64,000 nucleotides of DNA from Octopus bimaculoides (taxonomy: Eukaryota): positions 35,863,227 to 35,927,226 of the forward strand of contig NC_068983.1 of the NCBI RefSeq assembly GCF_001194135.2, in the 5' to 3' direction. Positions 12,996-25,542 of the stretch are shown in pieces (position 1 is the stretch's first letter; every line of letters starts with the position of its first letter). The notes under the pieces were generated by a model, which had not been told where the DNA came from, searched no databases, and saw nothing but the letters and a program-made list of their open reading frames with translations. The position numbers were made by a program, and so were the translations under genes.

Positions 12996-13589
12996 ATAAA
13001 TGTATATAAATGTTTATTATGTAATTTTTTATTGAACACAAATTTATTGCTTTACTCATGAAAAAAATCGCAAAAGTTTTAGGAAGTAAAAATGGAACTC
13101 AATTAGGAACTACAAAACTCAAATAAAAAGGGTGTTACTCCTGCTGCCCCTTGTATATGCTCGTAGCACTGAGCAAGGAAGATTATAACAACTTATATAC
13201 ATAGCAGCAAAGGGAACCATCTGTGCTGACAAAGTGTTGTTGTGAGAATGAAAACCACCTGAATATTCTAACAAGGAAAGAGACTAACCTAAGGTTCATA
13301 AACCTTAAATACACAGACAGCAGGGGACACAAACATTAACATCAAACAGGGAACCAACCACTTGTATATTGAAGAGCAGCAAGAGGGAAGTGCCAGCGTG
13401 TTCTGACAATTAACGAAGCTGCTGATGTGGTGATGCTGACTGTGTTTATAATTAGGGACAGGTGATGATGATGATGATGATGATGAGGAAGTAAATAAAG
13501 TGAGACAATTATTCTGCAACATGTTTTTAAAGAGGAGGACTGAATAGCATACTAAGATAACCTGATGACTATCATATTTTCTCATGACT

Positions 13590-13995
13590 ACTTTTTTATG
13601 AGATGTAGATGGGGAGGAGAGAAAGATAGGGAGAACGGAATGACAAGAAGAAGAGAAACAGAAAGGAAAACAACAGAGAGAAAAAGATAAAAACAGAGGG
13701 GGAGAGAGAGAGGAAGACAGAGAGACAGATGCAGTAAAGCGAGAGGGTCAACAGCAAAGAAACAGAAAGAGAACAGCAGAGGAAGGAGAGAGGGGGGAGA
13801 GAATGAAGAAATCAGCAAAGAGGAAGAGGAAGAGAGAAACAAAGAGAAAAGCAGAGGGGGGAAGAGGGGGGAGAAAGAGAATGAAGAAATCAATAAAGAG
13901 GAAAAGAGAAACAAAGAGAAAGAGAAAAGAAGAGGGAGGAAGAGAGAGGGGGGAGGGAAACTAATGAAAATGGATGAGTGAAAGCTGTGGAGAGA
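13590..13995. repeat. Purine-rich (GA/GAA) low-complexity tract with an internal 78-bp duplication
   Basis: Almost no pyrimidines on the plus strand; GAGAATGAAGAAATCA occurs at 13799 and 13877. Confidence 0.85.
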
Positions 13996-14378
13996 GAGAG
14001 ATACATTTGACAGCCTAATTTAAGGATATATTTCTTTCAACGTTGACAGCTGATTAAAAGTTGATAGAAAGGAAGCCGAAAAATGTCATTGAGAATCATG
14101 TGTCTAATACATTTCCAATCAACAATTTTTGGAACCAATAGATTTACTTTGTTAATCAACTTGTTTAGTTTCATATCACAATTGGTGGGCATTAACATTG
14201 TTGGTTTGCAGGTTTCCAGCAGGTTAATTACTATTTCAATGCATTTCTGATGGCAACAGTAACTAAGGGAGTGTTAGTAATTCAGTACAGAACAAATATT
14301 ACAAGAAACTTTTCTTCAAAAAGCATCATTTTTTCCCCCTTTTTTGGCCAATGTTCAAAACTTTTGAGGCATACGTGT

Positions 14379-14414
<36 letters not shown>

Positions 14415-16134
14415 CAGTTTTGACAATGAGCATTTAGCTGTTTAATCAGTTGAACTTTCTGCTCATTGACTTAGCCTGCAAGTGGCTGAGTAGTCCACAG
14501 ACATACATACACTTTGGCATAATTTTCCAATAGGACACTGTGTGTGACAAAGCTAGACCTAATTTTATGTATACTCTACCTGACAGGCTTCCTGTTGTTT
14601 CCATCTACTCAATTTCACACACAAGGCTTCGAGATGCCACAAAATGAGTTTGAAACCAGGAACTTGTGATTGTGAAGTGAGTTTCTTAACCATTCAACCA
14701 AGCCGTGTCCACATACACACACACACACACACATACACGTGTGCCAAGCTTCTACACCAAAATTTATCAACCTGGAGCTATGGTGAGAGACATTTACCCA
14801 AGGTTCTGCACAATCATACCCGTGCACCTATTTCTCACACTCTTATTTTTTAATTAACAACATTATTAGCGAGAGGAATCAGATGATGAAGGACAGTATT
14901 GAGTTAACAGGTCTGTCATGCCCCCTAGCACTCATAAGGCTAGGGCAAATATATTTTACTGTAATAATGTCCTTATCCACTAAAGATATACACAAAATGG
15001 TTGTTGAATCCACATCGGAATCTCTAAATGCAAGAAATAACAACAAAATCACAAGAGGATTTGCTATGCTTGTAAAGATGGTTAGGTCTTCTCCCCAGCA
15101 TCAAATTGTCACTGGTTGTCATCATCCTCTGTCATTTCCTTTGTGGCCTACATCTTGAGATCAGTCTTCACCACTTTATCCCAATTTTTTCTTGCTCTCC
15201 CTCTTCCATGGGTTCCAAGTATTTCAAGTGCTCAGCACTTCTTTATACATTAAAACGTCAGGTAGTGATGGAGGTTGGGATACACAATTATATATCTACA
15301 TCTGTGTCTTTCACACACTTTGTACCTTCTGGTCCCTTTCTCATGCCCCTCTTGCTTATTCAACACCTACTCATTTTGCTATCCCACTCCTCCTAGTCAC
15401 TGCTCCATGCTATCTGTATAAATAGGGGGAAAATAGATCTATGATCAAAGACATTCCAGATATGAGTGTCCCCTTTTTTTGTCAGAATAGCATAACCTTC
15501 ACTCCATCATGCAATGCGTCTTTTCTTTATTATTATTTTGTCTTTTAGCAGCAAAAGGATGTGGTTTGAGGAAGATTTGGTTTTTATTTCTAATAGATCA
15601 AGTAACCACATATGAGCTTCAAGCAGTTTGTGTGCACACATGCACCTGTGTGTGAGTGTGTGTGTGTGTATTTGTTTGATTTAAGCGTGTGTTTATTTTG
15701 ATTTCGTAGTTGAAAGTAAATGACAAAACCCTAGGTCCTCGCTGGCTGACCAACATTAGAAGGGATAAGGACAGGTAAGTAAGTGTAGATACAGTGTAAA
15801 ACTAGAGAAACTAAAAATAGCAAAGATACCCACCTCCCTAAAATAATCAACTGCCAAGAATGTCTGAAAACAGAACAAATAGACAAGTCCTGTAAGAAAT
15901 AATTGAAAGCTTAAGAGAAAGGGGGCAGAATTCCTTAGCACCTCACACCCACACCAATGACTAACTAACAAGTCCTCAACCTTAGATAAAGGATAAATGT
16001 TTATCTAACCCATACAGCTTGAACTATAAATACAATAAATATATTTGTCTACCTACAGCCTTATTGATGTCAAAAGGTTAATACGTGTGTAGGGGGAGGT
16101 TGTGGTCATTATGCTTTTCCAAAGTCTATTGTTA

Positions 16135-16222
16135 GTTGTTGTTGTTGTTGTTTAGGCCTGGGTCAGCCCTGATCAAGCAGTCCTAAATCAAAGAGGTTCC
16201 GGTTATGACCATCCTGTGCATC
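16135..16222 (-). mobile_element. 3' end of retroposon family F with (AAC)n tail
   Basis: GTTGTTGTTTAGGCCTGGGTCAGCCCTGATCAAGCAG...TATGACCATCC; homologues at about 21050-21125, 31045-31122, 55745-55812, 58205-58285 and 59015-59080. Confidence 0.7.
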
Positions 16223-16294
16223 ATGGATATTAATGATAGAGCTGAGAAAAGTACCCCAGGGGTGTGTTCTCTGTGTGGTTAATACACACAGGAG

Positions 16295-16867
16295 CAGGCA
16301 TGGCTGTGTGGTTAAGAAGCTCACTTTATAACTTTATAGTTCCAGGTTCAGTCCCACTGTGTGGTACTTGAGGCAAGTGTCACTATTATAGCCCCAGATC
16401 AACCAATGCCTTGTGAATGAATATGGTAGAGCGAAACTGTGTGGAAGCCTGTCATAGATATATACTCTTTACTCTTTACTCTTTTACTTGTTTCAGTCAT
16501 TTCACTGTGGCCATGCTAGAGCACCGCCTTTAGTCGAGCAAATCGACCCCGGGACTTATTCTTTGTAAGCCTAGTACTTATTCTATCGGTCTCTTTTGCC
16601 GAACCGCTAAGTGACGGGGACATAAGCACACTAGCATTGGTTGTCAAGCAATGCTAGGGGGACAAATACAGACACACTAACACACATATATATATACACA
16701 TATATACGACGGGCTTCTTTCAGTTTCCGTCTACCAAATCCACTCACAAGGCTTTGGTCGGCCCGAGGCTATAGTAGAAGACACTTGCCCAAGATGCCAC
16801 GCAGTGGGACTGAACCCGGTACCATGTGGTTGGTAAACAGGCTACTTACCACACAGCCACTCCTGCG

Positions 16868-16942
<75 letters not shown>

Positions 16943-17135
16943 CTGTGTTTGTATTTGTCATGCACCGCCATTTGACAAGTGGTGTTGGCTTGTTTACCCT
17001 AGAGGTTTTTCAGAAGAGACAAACAGAATAAGTAACAGATTGAAAATAAGTACCAGGGTCAATTTGTCCAACTAAACCTTCTAAGACAGAGGTCTAGTAT
17101 GGCTGCAGTCCAATGACTGAAACAAGTGACAGATA
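16295..17135 (+). mobile_element. Old SINE family A copy interrupted by a younger antisense copy
   Basis: Head at 16295-16460 and body/tail at 16940-17135 in plus orientation, flanking the minus-strand copy. Confidence 0.8.
16463..16870 (-). mobile_element. SINE family A, young full-length copy (nested)
   Basis: CpG-retaining copy near-identical to 7545-7969, with (TACTCTTT)n tail. Confidence 0.95.
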
Positions 17136-17413
17136 AAGAAAGCTACAGTAAGGTCTTACATGTGTAATACAAAGAATTCAAAATAACTTTAACAGAGACT
17201 AACAACACAATACACAAAAATTTCTTTCTACAAGCATTTAAAAACAAGGGAGGTTACTAATATCAGCTGAAGAAACTTTTTCAAAACTAAAGACAATGTA
17301 AATGAGTGGATTCTGTCTTTAATGCCAACTGGTGATAGCATTGAACATGTTTCAATCTTATTTGACCTCCTCAGTAAAAGATTTACTACTGTCTGTACTA
17401 CTGATTAACTATC

Positions 17414-17452
<39 letters not shown>

Positions 17453-18621
17453 CACACACACACACACACACACAGTATGCTGCTTTTTGTTGGTTAAGCA
17501 ATATAGAAAGAAGTGGCCAAGCTGGTTCATGCATTCATATCTTACATACACATATATTGTCTTAAGGTAAGGGCCCACTGAGCAGTTGTCCAAGACCCAC
17601 AGGTCTTGGAGGCCCAATTCTGATCTGTATATATCATGGTTTGCTGTTAATAAATATATACTATAGAACCTAGGGGATAAGTTTGCCTAAGGGCCTTTAA
17701 TGCTGTGGAGACAGATCTGCATACATATGTATGTAAATCAAAGAGTGGGGTGTTAATTGAGAAAGATTTAGCTGCTATTTCTTGCAGGTCTACAGCAACC
17801 ATGTAGAGATTTCTCTCGTTGCCTCAGTGTTTAAGTGAAGAGAAAGTGCTACAAACCTAGATTGGGAATAGAGTTGTGTTGGAGTGGGAGAGAGATTTAG
17901 GTCTCAAGGAGCTTAGTTTCCTTCTCATGCCACAATAACAACAACAGCAACTTGAAAATAATGATCACAGAAATACAATAACCAACCTTATTGGAGGGGG
18001 GGGGGAACAAAGCAAGAGAAAAGAAAGGAAGAAAGGAAACAACCAAATACATGGTGGTGCGGATTGTAAAATATTTAATAGATTAAACAATACATAAAAA
18101 GTAGACATGAAAACGAGAAAGAGGCGACAGCAGAACCAGACCGCTATAGAGGTGGGAGTATGAATGCACCAGTTGTTATACAAACCAGACAACATACATA
18201 ATCCACAAGATTGTTCTAAACTGTTACACAGAAGAAGCTAATTCCATTGTAGTATTGTTATTTACAGGATTCTTTTTCTCTTATTTTTTTCTCTCCTTTA
18301 CAACTTTTTTTTACCATGATTATTTGCTGCGACAGAGGTGTATGATCATTGTATTTCTTCTTTATTTTCTCAACTGAATTATATTCGCTCCCCACCACCT
18401 TTACAAAGACATCAAACTTAACCTCATAAAATTTCGTCCAGGTGTTACTAAAGACATTAGGAAACTGTTAGACGTGTTAAGATGGACAAAATACAAGATA
18501 ACTAACTGTAGGTAAACTTCCTCTCTCACATTAATTCACTTCAGTTGAAATTATTACAAGCTAGCTACAATACTTTTCTTTTCAGACCAGTAAAGTGTGT
18601 AGGGTGTATAAGAGTGTGTAT

Positions 18622-18659
<38 letters not shown>

Positions 18660-18689
18660 AATGTCAGTGTGTATGTTCAACAGAGCGTA

Positions 18690-18800
18690 AGCATCTTGAG
18701 AGAAAAGTTAGGCATAAGAGGCATCAGATGTGGTGATGTGTATGGATGAGGACAGCTGTGTAAAGAAGTGCTGATCTCTAACTGTGGAGGGAACTTATGG
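18690..18800 (+). mobile_element. RTE LINE ORF-end fragment with an internal deletion
   Basis: AGCATCTTGAGAGAAAAGTTAGGCATAAGAGGCATC...GGATGAGGACAGCTGTGTAAAGAAGTGC...GTGGAGGGAAC aligns with 22608-22745. Confidence 0.8.
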
Positions 18801-19209
18801 TTAGATCATCCATTTTCATTTGTCACACCACAATTATAATCTCCAACTTTCAAAGAGTTCCCAATATGTACTTACATGGTCATGTATGTATACACTCACA
18901 CTATCAATCCAACATAAAGGGTTTTATAGCCTCTAAAAACTCTTGCAATGAATGTGTACATCAATTCAGTAATCTAAAGTATATGAGCAGATGTCTACAT
19001 GACACTTGAGTATAGTATGTTTCCAAGGTTGGACCATTGTCTGGATAGAGGGGTTTAACCAGTTTTCATTCCAACATCATCATCATCATTTAACGTCCGC
19101 TTTCCATGCTAGCATGGGTTGGACAATTTGACTGAGGACTGGTGAACCAGATGGCTACATCAGGCTCAAATCTGATTTGGCAGACTTTCTACAGCTGGAT
19201 GCTCTTCCT
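18799..19209 (+). repeat. Dispersed duplication, copy 1 (partner 20425-20838)
   Basis: GGTTAGATCATCCATTTTCATTTGTCA...CTACAGCTG.ATGC.CTTCCT shared with high identity, including the junction with an RTE tail. Confidence 0.95.
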
Positions 19210-19797
19210 GCTCTTTTCTGCATATCAAGTACTGTTATTTACCCAGTTGCAGCAAAACCCTTACCTTCATTCCCCCTGACTATATATATATAATACAAAT
19301 AATATATGAGTGTGTGCATATATGCAGAAAAGAGCAGGTAAGAACACCATATAGTGTACATGGTCTGAACTATGGGTACACAAGATATACTGGTATCACA
19401 AACAAGCTAGCAGTAAATAAAGACTGTTTGTGGTAGATGTACATAAGTAGTTAACAGCCAATGAATACTTTTCAATGCTTAAAAGGTTCCATAGAAGTTG
19501 ATAGAATCTCTTATGCATGGTGTGGAGGAGAAAGCTCTGGAAGTAGGGTAGCCAGAAACAAAAAAAGGTCTAAGAAATTCAGAGAGCTATTACCTCTGTT
19601 GTAGGCAAGAGGATTCACCCGTCAAACAAAGGGTAGACTGTATGTTGCTTGCATATGAAATGCAATGCTGCATGGCAGTGAGATGCGAACACTGAATGCA
19701 GAGATTGTGTGAGGGTTGGAAAGAAATGAGGCAAACATGTCCTGCTGGGTGTGTAAATGCTTGTGTGCATGAGCAACATAGTATAGATGAGCAGAGA

Positions 19798-19832
<35 letters not shown>

Positions 19833-20424
19833 GAGGAATCAGATGTAGAGTATAAGAGAGGTGACTGTGTTGATATGATGATATGGTGTGTATGAATGAT
19901 GACAAATGAATACAAATGTGCCAAGAGATTCAAAGAGGAAGAAACATGTGGAAGACAAAGATTAGAGAAAGATGATAAAGAGAACAAACTTCATGATAGA
20001 GATGATTAAGAGCTACAAGTAGTGAGAGACATTGTACAAGAGAAAACCCATTTGACCCACAGAGATATGGAAAAACAGATGTCAGCTGTGACTTGAAGTG
20101 GGCCATCCCTTAGAAATTTCCAGTTGTTCCCTCTTATAGATCTTCCCTCTCCTTCTCCTTTGTATCAACTAGTATTCCTTTGAACTGATGCCTAACCAAG
20201 ACATCTTCCAGCTTCCATGCCTCCCTGTTCCTGATTTAGGTCTCTAGGTCATTCTAGTTCTTATTATTAACCCATGTTGAGTGGTATGCTCTTCATTATT
20301 CATAATTAGTAACCTATCCCACTTCCTAGAATATATAAAGTCTATTTGATATGCATGTTGGATTGATTACTAAGTAGTCAGGTGACTAGCTACAAGCTGG
20401 TTTCCTGAATCTAGTGTTGTAAAC

Positions 20425-20915
20425 GGTTAGATCATCCATTTTCATTTGTCATACCACAATTGTAATCTCCAGCCTTCAAAGAGTTCCCAATATGTACTTA
20501 CATGGTCATGTATGTATACACTCACACTATCAATCCAACATAAAGAGTTTTATAGCCTCTAAAAACTCTTGCAATGAATGTGTACATCAATTCAGTAACC
20601 TAAAGTTTATGAGCAGATGTCTACATGACACTTGAGTATAGCAGGTTTCCAAGGTTGGGCCATTGTCTGAATAGAGGGGTTTAACCTGTTTTCATTCCAA
20701 CATCATCACCATCATCGTTTAACATCCGCTTTCCATGCTAGCATGGGTTGGACAATTTGACTGAGGACTGGTGAACCAGATGGCTACACCAGGCTCCAAT
20801 CTGATTTGGCAGAGTTTCTACAGCTGTATGCCCTTCCTAACGCCAACCACTCTGAGAGTGTAGTGGGTGCTTTTATGTGCCACCGGCACAAAGGCTAGTC
20901 AGGAAGTACTGGCAG
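20425..20915 (+). repeat. Dispersed duplication, copy 2, with the longer RTE 3' UTR (20701-20915, minus)
   Basis: Same 411-414 bp as 18799-19209; here the RTE tail continues about 75 bp further. Confidence 0.95.
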
Positions 20916-21427
20916 CTTAAAACTTGTAATATCTCCAAACTGCAATATACAAAATGAACCTCAACAATATTTCGAATGTAGAGTACAAAACATTTTTTCG
21001 AACTAGACAGAAAATTCCCTCTTTGCAAATAAAAATGAAGACACTGATGTCGTTGAGCCCCAAATCATTTCTGATTGAGCAGACTTTTGATCAAAGGTAA
21101 TCCAACCATGACCATCCCATCTTCCTGTGGTGAAGTGCTGTACTGAGAGAACCTACCCAAACTATGAAAACATAAGAAATGGACTTATAACTTAGGATGG
21201 TAGTAGTGATGGAGTATAGGGATGTGCGATACCTATTAGTCACTCTCCCCAACTCTTCTTTATTCCTATCTATTGTTCAACCCTTTCCTATCAATGTGTC
21301 ACCCTACCACAACTACCTCTTATTCGCTTATGTAACAAAGGATGAAATCACACTGGACTTTTTTGCTATTTAATCTCTTATCATCACTTTTATTTATTAC
21401 TAGCTATCTTTCTTCTCACTCTTCCTG

Positions 21428-21818
21428 TCATCATCATCATCATTTAACATCCACTTTCCATGCTAGCATGGGTTGGATGGTATGACTGAAAACAGTTAAG
21501 CTGGTGGGTGATTCACCAGGTTCAGATCTGATTTGGCAAGGTTTCTATGGCCCTTCCTAATGCCAACCACTCTGAGAGTGTAGTAGGTGTGTTTTACATG
21601 CCACCGGTTTGGGTGTCATTGACCTGACCAACATTGGCTACGACTACACGAATAGTCTCACTTGGCTTGACAGGTCTACACAAGCACAGTATATTGCTAA
21701 GGGTCTTAATCACCTGTCACTGACCCCATGAGGCCCAACACTTGAACAGTGCATTTTATGTGCCACTGGCACGGGTGCCAATCAGACGGCACTGGCATCA
21801 GCCACAACTACAATTTCA
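21428..21818 (-). mobile_element. RTE LINE 3' UTR fragment
   Basis: (TCA)n TTTAACATCCACTTTCCATGCTAGCATGGGTTGG start; homologous to 4801-5330. Confidence 0.85.
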
Positions 21819-22498
21819 ATATATATTTCTCTTTCTGTTACTCTTTCCCATTACAATATCACTCATTGATGATATGCATCAGTTTCTCTCTTGAATTCAA
21901 AGACTGTTTGAAGTAAAACGTGTTTTAAGGCAACATGCTTTACCTTTTTACTAATTTGAAGAATTTTGCAAAAAACAAAAAAGTGAGAGCAAGAGAAAAT
22001 TGTGAATTTCTACCACAAAATAAAAAGAGCAAAACTGTAGACAATTTTGTACTTATACTACCAAACTGGAAAAAAAAAATAGAGATATTACTAAGTAACT
22101 AATATAATACCTAATAATGTAGCAAGTTATTCTGTTGTCATTTGATTCCTGTTGGAGCCAAAAAGTTGCCAAAGGACATCTTGATTATAGTTTCAGCTGG
22201 AATAAGATACAGATGTGAATGTCTGAAACACCCAGTTGACATTACATAAGCCTTACACAGACAAAAAAGGAATCACCCTAAATCCTCTCAACTATTGACT
22301 CTGATTTCATTGGAATATATGCCTTGCCTAAGGCTCCAGAATTGCTTTTATGATGTGGCAGGTTTTAAGTTGAGTTTGTATGCTGCTATAGATATTACTT
22401 GGTATCATTGGACTCTAACTAACAAGGGTTTCATTGCTAATTAAGATTTTTTTATTAAAATACAAGAAATACACTGCTTCATCATCATCATTGATATA

Positions 22499-22833
22499 AG
22501 TGAAACATGGGCTGTAACTGCTGAGGACATACGTAAGCTCGCAAGGAATGAAGCCAGTATGCTCCGTTGGATGTGTAATGTCAATGTGAATACCCGTCAG
22601 AGTGTAAGTATCTTGAGAGAAAAGCTGAACATTAGAAGCATCAGTTGTGGCGTGCAAGAGAGACGATTGCGCTGGTATGGACATGTGGTGAGAATGGAGG
22701 AGGATAGCTGCGTGAAAAAGTGCCACACCCTAACAGTTGAGGGAACCCGTGGAAGAGGTAGGCCCAGGAAGACCTGGGCTGAGGTGGTGAGGCAAGACCT
22801 TCGTACATTGGGCCTCACCGAGGCGATGACTAC
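22499..22833 (+). mobile_element. RTE LINE (lineage 1) ORF C-terminus, uninterrupted frame running into a gap
   Basis: SETWAVTAEDIRKLARNEASMLRWMCNV...RRLRWYGHVVRMEEDSCVKKCHTLTVEGTRGRGRPRKTW: the canonical RTE C-terminal motifs (ETW, RRLRWxGHVxRM, RxRGRPRKTW). Confidence 0.95.
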
Positions 22834-23515
22834 NNNNNNNNNNNNNNNNNNNNNNNNNNNNNNNNNNNNNNNNNNNNNNNNNNNNNNNNNNNNNNNNNNN
22901 NNNNNNNNNNNNNNNNNNNNNNNNNNNNNNNNNNNNNNNNNNNNNNNNNNNNNNNNNNNNNNNNNNNNNNNNNNNNNNNNNNNNNNNNNNNNNNNNNNNN
23001 NNNNNNNNNNNNNNNNNNNNNNNNNNNNNNNNNNNNNNNNNNNNNNNNNNNNNNNNNNNNNNNNNNNNNNNNNNNNNNNNNNNNNNNNNNNNNNNNNNNN
23101 NNNNNNNNNNNNNNNNNNNNNNNNNNNNNNNNNNNNNNNNNNNNNNNNNNNNNNNNNNNNNNNNNNNNNNNNNNNNNNNNNNNNNNNNNNNNNNNNNNNN
23201 NNNNNNNNNNNNNNNNNNNNNNNNNNNNNNNNNNNNNNNNNNNNNNNNNNNNNNNNNNNNNNNNNNNNNNNNNNNNNNNNNNNNNNNNNNNNNNNNNNNN
23301 NNNNNNNNNNNNNNNNNNNNNNNNNNNNNNNNNNNNNNNNNNNNNNNNNNNNNNNNNNNNNNNNNNNNNNNNNNNNNNNNNNNNNNNNNNNNNNNNNNNN
23401 NNNNNNNNNNNNNNNNNNNNNNNNNNNNNNNNNNNNNNNNNNNNNNNNNNNNNNNNNNNNNNNNNNNNNNNNNNNNNNNNNNNNNNNNNNNNNNNNNNNN
23501 NNNNNNNNNNNNNNN
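22834..23515. other. Assembly gap (N), followed by (TA)n
   Basis: Run of N. Confidence 1.
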
Positions 23516-23548
<33 letters not shown>

Positions 23549-23720
23549 CACAGATATACATATAAAAGAAAATTAAATTAAAAATTAAATCTGAATAAAC
23601 TCCAAGCAATTACATATTGTTGTAATTAGTGTAAAATAGTTAAAATTATCAGCACCTTTCACTTGCAATATCTTCATATTCTCACAAAAACAAAACTAAA
23701 TAAAATATAAAAATTTACTA

Positions 23721-24142
23721 GGGAGTGGCTGTGTAGTAAGTAGCTTGCTTACCAACCACATGGCTTCAGGTTCAGTCCCACAGCGTGGTACTTTGGGCAA
23801 GTGTCTTCTACTATAGCCTCGGGCCGACCAAAGCTTTGTGAGTGGATTTGGTAGACAGAAACTGAAAGAAGCCCGTTGTATATATGTATATATATATATA
23901 TATGTTTATAGATGTGTATGTGTGTGTGTGTGTGTGTGTGTATGTGTTTGTCTCCAACATCGCTTGACAACCGATGCTGGTGTGTTTATGTCTCCGTAAC
24001 TTAGCAGTTCAGCAAAACAGACCGATAGAATAAGTACTAGGCTTACAAAGAATAAGTCCTGGGGTCGATTTCTTCGACCAAAGGCGGTGCTCCAGCATGG
24101 CTGCAGTCGAATGACTAAAACAAGTAAAAGAGTAAAAGAGTA
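23721..24142 (+). mobile_element. SINE family A, full-length copy
   Basis: GGAGTGGCTGTGTAGTAAG head, GGTTCAGTCCC B-box, internal (TA)n(TG)n and (GTAAAAGA)n tail. Confidence 0.95.
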
Positions 24143-24839
24143 TATAAGCCACAGCTGCAATTAGAGAGTTAATGAAAAATAAAATTACAATGGAAGCCAC
24201 TTATTGCTATCCCTTTGGGACAGAGCCCTTGAGATAACAATACACAACTGATAAAATTATATGTGAATTTAATAAGCAGCTTTCACTGCATTCTGAGTTA
24301 CCATCCATATAATAATTAACAATTAAAATGGGTGGCAGAGTATTCAATCCCATCACCTATTTAGCTGTTAACTATTATGGATAGCATCTGAGAATAATTT
24401 AATTTTCTTCTTTTGCTTTTCAAGTCTTTTATTCTCTACCAACAAATAGACATTTTTGTATTGAATCCAGAGAGTTATACCTAGTCTGCACTTTACTGAA
24501 AAGTTAAAAAAAGAAAAAAAATAGGAAACATGAACAAAGTTATCTCCCATACATTCTGAAGCAAAAATAATCGTATCAATTACTATTATTTTTCTTTCAC
24601 AGCATATCTGATCATACTTAGGCTTTTTAATGTTCTAAGTATTAAGTTTACCCTCATCTATTTAGGTAACAGTTATCACATATAAATTGCACATATATGA
24701 AGAGTCTGAATTTCATTGAAGAGTTAAAATCAAAAAGAAAAGAAAAATACCCACACCCTTAAAGTTGTCTCCCATATTAGCAAAGGTAAAAATACTTATT
24801 TTATTATCTGACTTTGGATTTTCAATGCTCCATAGTTAT

Positions 24840-25068
24840 TTAACCCTTTCATTACCAACCCAGCTGAAACCGGCTTTGGCTCTGAGTACAAATGTCTTGT
24901 TTTCATAAGTTTTGAATTAAAATCTTCCACCAAACCTTAGTCATAATTTATGTTCCTAACACAAGCTGAATGATAACTAAGTTAGTTTGCTAAATTCTTT
25001 GTTAGATCTTAAATTAATCGAAAGAAACATAAAGCATCTCAACAGAAATATGGTAACAAAAGAGTTAA
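24840..25068. mobile_element. TTAA-flanked MITE (piggyBac-like ends), copy 1
   Basis: TTAA CCCTTTCATTACC ... GGTAACAAAAGAG TTAA; internal sequence about 85-90% similar to copy 2. Confidence 0.85.
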
Positions 25069-25091
25069 AATATATAATAGAGAAACAGTTC

Positions 25092-25315
25092 TTAACCCTT
25101 TTGATACCGACCTGGCTGAAACTGCCTCTGGTTCTGTAGTACAAATGTCTTGTTTTCATAAGTTTTGAATTAAAATCTTCCACCAAACCTTAGTCACATT
25201 TTATGTTCCCAACACTAGCTTCATGATAACTTAGTTAGTTTACTAAATTCTTTGTTATATTTAATTGAAAGAAACACAGAGCATCTCAAAATTAATACAG
25301 TAACAAAAGGGTTAA
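25092..25315. mobile_element. TTAA-flanked MITE (piggyBac-like ends), copy 2
   Basis: TTAA CCCTTTTGATAC ... GTAACAAAAGGG TTAA; terminal inverted repeat matches 11/12. Confidence 0.9.
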
Positions 25316-25332
25316 TATACTTTGACAATTAG

Positions 25333-25542
25333 GAAGGTTTGGAGGAGGAACAAACAGAGCTTATTTATCAAGAATATGGATCAAACAAATCTAAAAGTTC
25401 AATCTCCAGTAATGCACCAGCAGGTAACAAGACTACAAATTTAGAGGAAGGGAACAGTCAATTAATTCAACCCATTACACAAGTGACACTTCATTCTATT
25501 GACCACCACCACAACCATCGCCCAAAAAGGAAAAAACATTAA
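25333..25542 (+). CDS. Weak coding-exon candidate (EGLEEEQTELIYQEYGSNKSK...)
   Basis: AG at 25331-25332, an open purine-rich frame, and a possible donor CAG|GTAACA at 25423 or stop at 25540-25542. The polypyrimidine tract is weak and no homology is recognised. Confidence 0.2.
   Translation, partial: EGLEEEQTELIYQEYGSNKSKSSISSNAPAGNKTTNLEEGNSQLIQPITQVTLHSIDHHHNHRPKRKKH

Noticed and set aside
17565-17720. Possible hAT-type MITE (GGGCCC-rich ends)
   Set aside because: Terminal inverted repeats and an 8-bp TSD could not be defined.
22559-23609. Long ORFs (e.g. 340 aa, 259 aa, and likewise 28972-29834, 31697-32663, 36110-36535, 38151-38769) in the ORF track
   Set aside because: They are mostly X from N gaps plus microsatellite translation. 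Only the RTE part (22499-22833) is real coding-derived sequence.
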